A stretch of 64,000 nt of DNA from a virus. A model generated the notes under the pieces. That model had not been told where the DNA came from, ran no database searches, and saw nothing but the letters and a program-made list of their open reading frames with translations. Within the stretch, counting starts at the first letter, position 1. Each line of letters opens with the position of its first letter. Location: the IMG/VR virus record IMGVR_UViG_3300025070_000024, positions 1-64,000 of that record; one strand, given 5' to 3'. Below, one piece after another: positions 1 through 9,000 of the stretch. The position numbers and the translations under genes were made by a program.

Positions 1-3000
1 TACAGGTACTACAACTCGAGTCCTAGGAGAAGCAGAGAAGAGACTGCCATCGCCATCATCGTCAAAATCCATATTATCATAGTCTGCAGCTTCAGTACCT
101 GTAATTAATGAATCTGTAGTTTTGTCATCACCTTCAGTACCAAAAGCTTTTTCTACTGCGGGATTGTCCTCAACAGTAGTTGTGCCATTAGTATCAGTAC
201 CACTTCCGAAAGGATCTCCGTCATCGAATTCTTCAGCGTCGTCAAAATCAGCCTCGGAGAAGCCTTCATTGTCACTGTAGTCTTCATTTTCTTCTGAGGG
301 TTTTACGCGCTCTATTTCTATCTCAGAAGTAAATCCTGTAGAATTACCTTCTTCATCTTGCGCGTAGCTACTGTACTCTTTATGCAAGAAGTTGCCTTTG
401 ATGCCTTGTAACTGTATAGCCTCATAATAGTCCCACGGAACACCATCGACGAGTTCTGTGCGCAGCCATTTGCCTATTTCGTGAGGTCTGTTAGACTTTT
501 TATCGCGGAAAAATCCAAAATTTAGAGTAGCATCCCTATCGCTCTGACTAGCCTCTGGACTACCATTTTTGAATCCGATTTCAATAACCGTTCTTTCTGT
601 AGGGTCTTCTTCCTGGGTACGCACTACATCTTGACCAAACTCTGGTGCGCGAGGAATCAAAGTGTGGTTATGCATCACAATTTGCCTATGCGCCTCAGTA
701 TTCCAAAACACACTGTCCTTGTCCACCGCATTCATTAACTCTTGCCGGATACCATTCTCTTCTAAGTACTCTGCTAAAACATACTTAGAGAAAGAGCGAG
801 AACCCAAGCCCCCTCCAGTAACTAAAGAGTACAATACAACAGACTTTCCAAGCTCTCGCACTTGTTTTTCTTTGTGCGTAAGGAGATCGTGCATACCAGC
901 CAAAATCTCTTGACTCGTAACATTAAGATTGCGATCCCCTGTAAACTCTACTGTATAGTATCCATGAGCACTAGTATCTACGTTAAGTATAAGGTGCTTT
1001 AAAAAAGGATTCTTCTCTAGGCTAGGAAAATCTTTTTTAGCCTGAGTGATTTGTGACGCCAAGTTTGTGTCTGGATCGACGAGTAGGGAATTACGGATTT
1101 CTCGAGCATTCCTACTACCATCAATTTTTTCTGCCAGCCTAGCGAAGTGATACGACCGCAAGCCTCTAAGCCAGCTATGCATCTTTGTAACGCTTTGGGT
1201 TTGCTCCTGGAAGTAAGCTAAAGCAGTATCATACATACGGGTTCTATCCACATGCTCTTCGCTTAAACTAAAGACACCATCAGCCTTCAAGTTCATAACC
1301 AAATCAGCTAACTGCCCTGGATGGGTATTCTGCAAAATTTGAGTACGCAAGCGTTCCATTTCAGCTTGCTTGAAAGCATTCAAAGCTCCTTCACTTTCTT
1401 TATACTGCTTGCTCTTTGCTCCATATTTATTCTTTGCTTTCAGGCTAGCGTTAGCAAGAGTCAAAACTTTATTCCAATCTCCAAACGCGATTCCATTAGA
1501 CTTAGCCATACTGTCTTCTCCAGGAAGATTCAACAAGCCATTCATTCCCCTAATAGGATAGTAGTAAACAGTAGTATCCTGAATCATCATGTTCAGCTCC
1601 TGTCTATGTGCTGGGAACACACTATCTCTACGCAAAGTGTCTGAGAATTTAGCTAAGCGCTTTCCTTGGTTAATCGTTTTCAAGAACAGCTCTAAAAGCC
1701 CCAACTCATAGACTTGACGCTCACGTTCTTCAAGTTCTTGGCCTTTGAAATCTGCAACCAACCACTCTTTATTTACGGCGAAATTGACCTTATTTGATCT
1801 ACGCCACTTAGTATATTCCTTGGATGCCTTAGAAATAGCAACTTCCAATTCCTTACCTTCTAAAGTGTCAAACTTTTCAGTAGAAAAGCCTTGAAGTATT
1901 TCTGTCCTTCTGATTTTTACTTCGTTAGACAAGTACTTAGGCAGCTCGAAGTAGTTGCCATTTGTCATAGCACTTCTAGACTTAGAAACCTCTACAACAT
2001 TTTTGATTGCACTAGAGCTGACAATTAACTCTATTGTTTCTTGGTTGTATCCATGGTGAGTAAGCATACTCCACAACGGATAGGTCTCTCTAGAAATCCT
2101 GAGGTCTCCTAACAAGCCATTGTTTTGGTTGTCCAAAGCATGGTTCATCATGCGGTTGAACTGCTTAGTAACAGTACCGGCTTTTGTTTCTTTGTCCAGC
2201 AAGATAAAACTGTCGTCCAGTATTTCATCTTTACCAAGCTTAGCCCAAGCTGCTTTACTAATCGCTTGACCCTTGCGCATCAAGCTTTGACCCTTACTCT
2301 GACCAATCTCTACAACATCCATGTAGTTTCCTTGGGCCAAATAGATATCAAGCTGATTAGAATTGATAACTGCATGAAGACTTCCTTGTACGGCAAATAC
2401 ACCTAGAGCTGTAGCTCCTGCACTTGCATCAGCAGTAGTAAAGTCATTGTAACTCACGCCCATGGGATCTAAAATCAAATCCCCTTTTGCATTTACAATC
2501 TCAGCTAAGTCTTCTGCATAGCCATCGCCAATAGGCTCATGGATAATCTTACGGACTTTCTCAGACGTGTTTCGATGTGAGCTATGGTACACATCAATCT
2601 GAGTGTTTCGCGCCCGGCTGATAAGCTCTTCCAAAGCTTCCACATCCATAGCCTCTAAAGACTCATTTAAAAGCTCTTTATCAGTGTAGCTTTCCACTTC
2701 AGATTTGCTTAAGCTCGCCTTCTTAACAAGACGAGGCTTATCAACCTCAGTATCAGACAGCTCATGGTCAAACATGAGCGTAAACAGTTTGTCAATATCG
2801 TAGTCTTGACCGATACGCCCAACCAATTCTTTAGGGACAATAATTCTATCGCCCACTTCAGGACCAGAAAATCCTACAACACGGAAAGAAGAGCTAGAAG
2901 CTTTTGCCTGAGTAGGCAAACGATATCCAAATACATCTAAGAGCTGACTATCAATACGGTTGATATCAATATTGCCATTTTCATCTTGGAACTTACCTAA

Positions 3001-6000
3001 GTCAGCCTTGAACTTCCAAGGTAAAATAATTTCATCGTAAGGTTTGGCCTTAGTGGTAGTTTCTAAAGAGTTGCCTTTCCATATAGGCTGACCTTCAGAG
3101 TTAGTCACCCATGAAATAGAGCTTTTCTGCGCTTTTGACAGCTCTTCAAAAGCATACCCTATCTCAGGAGCAATAGGTCCAGAGAAACCTAACGTGCGAG
3201 GTTTAATTACTTCTGACTCTACAATAGAGATAAGTAAGCTATCAATACGCTGAGCACTAGCAGTACCCCAGAGAGGAACTGAAAACACTTGAGTATCTGG
3301 GTCAAAGTGTAAGGCAGCCATTTCATTCATGCCGTAACCCCGATTAGCACCTTCCTCACGAAGACGTGCTGCCATCTTAACCTTATACTCTGGAGTTCCT
3401 ACACCGTACTTTTTGTAGAAGGCTACTTTTTTAGCCTGGTTTTCTATTCCTCGTGCGTTGTTATAAATGACTTTCAGGTTTTTACCACGAAGCTTTCCAT
3501 CTTTTCTAAAGGCTTTGAATACTCCATACTCATCAAAACCTGTTTCGTTTTGCAGGCCTACATCAAAGAGTCTAGAGATTTGAGTACCGTGAACAGTCTC
3601 AAGTTTGGTTTTAACTGGAACTTGTTGCTGAATTTTGAAAGTACTACGGTCTTGATCGTAACGCTTGCCTGTCAGGTTTTCTGCTACATCCTCAATCTCT
3701 TCAACAGTAAACTTCCGGACACTACCATCATCCTCATAAATGTCGATAGCTGTGTTAGCTCGACGTCCTACTTTATATGCACTTTCATGAGTAGCTCTAC
3801 CGACATTGGTAGCAACCATGAAATCATACAAGTTCATTAAACTCGTGCCTTGTATATCGCTAGGCAGCAACACAAACTCAGCACTTTTAATATAGAAATG
3901 GTGCGTACCATGATCGCCTGCTGCTACAGGTTTTCCTGGACGGAAATATCCCATCTCTTCTTTTTCTAAAGTCTGACCACTTTCTGCTTTAGCTAAAAGA
4001 CCGCTGAATTGTTTTCGGCTAATCTTACCTTCCGCTAACAAATTAAGCAGCCGCTCTCGTGGAGTAATGTACTCTGCGGCATCTGTAGTCTCTATGTTTA
4101 GATATGCGGATAGTTCTGAGTTTGGTAAAAGCTTTTTAAGTTCTGCAATGTTAGAAGCATCAGTCTTAAAATCTTTAATGAGAATTCTTTTGACTACAGT
4201 ATTACCCATAGAATCTACTCCCGGAGTATTCGGGATATCCTCTTTAGTAATACTAGGGACTACAGTACCTGGAGCGATCAATGCAGCAAGACGCTTCTGC
4301 ATATTCTTTAGGGTCGAGTTGACATCCTTTTTCCAGTAGACGCCTACGTCTCCTGTAACTGCCTGCACTGTATGTGCACGTACAGCTCTAGACTCTGCCA
4401 CAAACTTAGCGTGATATGCTAAGAACATTTGCTTTGCAGGAATATTGTTGTCTGCTTCTAAGCCTAAATGATTAGCTATAAACTCTTGGCTTGACTTGCC
4501 TGTAACATCTCCTTTAGCCAATAAGTGCGCCTTATTGAAGAACCTCAAAGTAGATATAGCTCCTTCTTGCCGAATCCTTGGTATCTCATTCCCTTCGGAA
4601 TCTGTAAATACTGTACCGTCTGGACCAGTTTTCTCATACAAATCAAATATACCAGAGTGATGCATTTGTGTTAAACCCTCCTGCATATCTCGATTCAAGG
4701 CTGCAGTAATAATTACTTCTGCATCTTTATGGAAAGCAGCTCTGTCGCCAGATCCTTTCATACTACTGAGAGGATGCTTGTCAAGCAACACATTCAACTC
4801 AGGGAACATGATGATTTTATTTGCTTGTCTCTGCGCTTCAGTTGGAAGCTCGCTAAAGTTTTCCTCTTCAATATTGTTTATGCGAGTTAGCTCTTGATCT
4901 ACCAGAGATTTGATATTGTCCTTGTAGTAGTTACGGGTATTTATAAAATGCTCTATACGCAAATCTTGTATAGGCATATCTTTTTTAGATACCCCATTTA
5001 AAAGAATCCTATTGTTTACCTGTACAGATGCTGAAGCAACTTGTATAACAGGCATAGTTTCCTTATCAGCTATTGTAGGCAGCGTAAAGCGAGAAAGCAT
5101 AATCTTCTTCCCGTTACGTTGTATGTAGGTATTATCGTTCCCATAAAGAATAAGCTGAGCTAGCTTTCGATCGCCAGGACTCATCTTCAACCATTCTCTA
5201 GGGTTCATGCTAGACCTTAGCTTACTGTGAGCGTCGTAGTAATCGACCTTCAGCTTACTTGCCATCAACGCACTGTCTCCAGACATCTGATACAAAAGAT
5301 TCTTCTGCAGATATACCGAAGCCTCTTCTATCTCTTCGTCAGTTAAGTTCTTGATTGACTTAATCTTATCGCTCAAAAGCTTAGGCATAACATAGTGCCA
5401 CCTAAGATTACCTGCAGCATCCTTACTCGTATTTTGAATCAAGTCATCACCTTGAGTCGCACTAAGCATAAAGAATTTCTTGAACTGCATCGTCTGAGGC
5501 AGCGACATAATATTTGTAGTCTTAGAAACCTGACCCGTAGCAACGCTACGCATTACATACCGCAAATGTCCAAAAGCACTGACAGGATCCATTTTGCTGT
5601 TTCCTATACCCAACTCAGCCTCGATATCTTCCATACCTGGCACTTCACTAGTAAATAAGTGCGCTGGAATAGTCATCTTTAGCTCACGCTCGAACAGTTG
5701 ACTAATTAAGTCTGCTTTCGTTTTTGTAGAATCTTCAGTTTCTGTAATCGCATCAAGTTCAGCTACAAAAGACTGGAACTTCTTTTTATTTATTTCAGGA
5801 ACGCCTTTCGTGTAGTTGTAGAACCCATTTGTCACAAGCTTAGATAAAAAGTTTTGAAGCGCATGGACTCCCATGTTCCGCTCATTACTACTAAACAAGT
5901 AGACTGTACCAAAAGCACCCTGATTTATGTTGTGCTTTGTGCTCAGGTATGTAACAGCATCTTTAGATGCAAACACCACAAACTGCTGGCGCAGCTGAAG

Positions 6001-9000
6001 CATGGTGTTCAGCTTTTGATTGTAGAAAGGGTCTTTTACATCTAAAGTTTTAATGTCCATAGACTTTAAGATGTCCTTTACATAAGGATACTGAGCTACT
6101 GACTTTTCTAATTTCTCCTTTACATCCCTGAAGTTAGGCTTGATGCCTGCTAACTCCTGATTCAGTATACCTGATATCGTATTGTGATCTATGTACTTAC
6201 GAAGTCCTAAGAACGTTTTAGTGTTACTGTCTGTATGCGTATGACGTATTGCCATAAGCTGCCTACGCAGCAATACTCCTTGAGTAGCTTTCGGGTCTAC
6301 AGTAAAACTGAACTTATCCTCGAACTCTTTCATAGAAAGATCTGCTCGGTCGTAGCTTTCCTCAGTTAAATCTGTGAGACCATCATAGGCTTCAGAAAGT
6401 TCGTTCAAGTTTTGCGCTCCAAGCTTCAACAAACCATGTGTTCCTAGCACTAATCTTTGCGCTGCTAAAAAGAAGGCTTGGTCAAACATTAAACTGTACC
6501 CAACTTCTTTTTTACTGGTGCCTGCGTTAGAATTTTTAAGAAAAATCTGAATTTTCTTTTGGTCAGCCTCAGGTAACTGATTGAATACTTGTTTTATAGG
6601 ACTCGGTCTTTTATTCGTTCCTATAAGCACCCGATAAACATTCCTTTTTAAACTGCCCAAAGTCATAGCCTGATTCCTACGTTTAGTAACAGAATGCACT
6701 TGTACTAAACGAGCAGCAAGACCCACAATAATATTGATAGCCTCTTCAGTTTCTTTAACTGTAAGACCTGACACACGCATATTCTTACCAGCCCTATCCA
6801 TAGGACTAAGCTTAGCTTTAGATTCAGACCCCCTTGGCGAAAAAGAGATTGAATCCTCGTCAGTTGTCTCTGTTCGAGCAGAAGGGGAATAAAGACCACC
6901 GTCGTCGTCATCGTCAAAGTCTATGTCGTCATAAGCCGAACCACTGTCTTCATTACTACCTGTATTAACCGAAGGGTCAATAGCTCCTCCCTGGAGTTCA
7001 GAATCATCATATTCTGTGTCTCCCTCTGTATCAGTATTGAAGAAACTGTCATCAGATGTAGAGCTAGGAGTAGATTCAGTATCTCCTTCCGTGTCTTGTT
7101 CTGAAGATGAAGATGGGATTGGGGCGATATCTGCACCTACAGGTACAATATTCATCTGCTTTACTCGGTTAGCATATACTTTACGCTCACCCGTAATCGG
7201 ATCTATAATTTCTAAAGGCCCACGGTCTCCTCGATTTGCTTTTCTTGTGTCGATATATGAACCAAACAGAAAGTTATTTGCAATAAACTCATAGGACTCT
7301 AAAGGCTCTACTTTCAATCCCTGAGCAGTAGTACCATCTTCATAAAGCGTACTTCCAAACTCTAACTGAGACATTACTTTCCCTGCACTTTTAAGCAGGC
7401 TACGTTGTTCTAACGTAGAAGAATGTCGAATACCACCAAGTAGCCTTAAAAAGTCTGACCGTCCTTCTTTTGAGGTAGTATCAGACTTCCAAGAACTTTT
7501 AACTCTATACGGCTTATTCTTCGCATCAACTCTTGGGTTGCCTTGGCCATCCAGCAGTAGCTGCATAGGATCTATACCAGCTTTATAGACTACAAGTTGA
7601 GCGCCCTTCTTATTGTTAGAAGGGAAGATTTGTATCTGATTTGTTTTGGCGTTCTTTTGACCTTCTCGTATTTCAGAGACATCCTTAAATGCATTTACTC
7701 CAGAAATAGAACGGATAACTTTATTAATCTGTTTGGCTAAATCAAAACCCTCTTGTCCAAAATCTATATCGAAATGCTCTTCTAATTGGCGCACATTATG
7801 ATCATACTCTTGATCGCTCATTTGGTGCTGTTCTTTAGTCTGAGCACCAGAAGCAATATTCAAAGTCTGCAATGCCCTAAGAATAAACCTAGAAGACGCA
7901 ATGCCTATAGAGTTTCCTTTAATAGCAGCGAACGTAAGATTCTGAGTACGACTGTCTCGAACTATTGCATAGTGAGAACCCGTCCGCAAGCCCGACCTAG
8001 TCTTTGTGTTTTCTGCTAAAAAGGTTTTAATCTCCTCATTACTAGAGTTAGAGATGTCTTTACCTGTTAAAGCACTGAAGAAAGTTGTAGCGTTTTCAGA
8101 GTCTCGTACAGAATAAACAACTTCTATAAGTTGATTCTTAGGGTCAGTAAGGACATCACCTACTATTTGTGGACCTCCCTTAATCTTTCCTTCTTTATCC
8201 AAGTAGTGCATCAGCACTCCACTGCCATAGGACTCAATCTCTAGAGAGAACGTATACCCCGCATCAGAATTAGCTAGAGCTAAAGAACCTTCGCCAAAAA
8301 CGTTTTCAAAGTTAGAAACACCAATAGACATAAGTTTATTGCCGCCAGGGAAAGTTGGAAGATTCCCCTTTACACTTTCTACAACAATCTCAACCTCGTT
8401 TCCATTTATTTGAATAGCCCTAAATATTAACCCCTCACTTCCATTTAACGCTAAGTGCTTTTGAACATCTGTCACATCAGGCTTAAGCTTACCCTCTACT
8501 TCTATGTCTAACCACAGCTTTCCAGTAGAAGTGACATTTGATGGAGTAGCTTTATCTTCTGGCACTACCTCTTTTTGAGGAGCAGGATCATTTTCTGAAT
8601 TTGTACTAGTTTCTGTTTCAGAAGAAGGAGGAGGCTGAAATTTCTTGACGCTATCGTCTTCAGTTAACTTGCCGTCAGAACTTTCTTCTGCCTGCTCATA
8701 ATCTTCTTCAGAAAACTCAGACCCTGAGTCGCTATCAGCTTCAGCAGCAGCTTCGGCTTCGGCTTTAGAATTGTCAGCATCATCGTAGTAGTTAGGGTCT
8801 TCGTTGATGCTCTCATCTATATCTTCTGTGATCACATCATCATCCTCATCTGTAACTTGAAACTTTTCAGAATTTATATCTGAGGCGTTGTCTTCGTTAT
8901 TTTCCGCACGTTTCTTAAGAGCTTTGTTTATCTCTGCGCCTGCAGTAATTACACCCTCAATAGAAGCTATGTAATTAGCCAAGCCACCATCTTCTAAAAG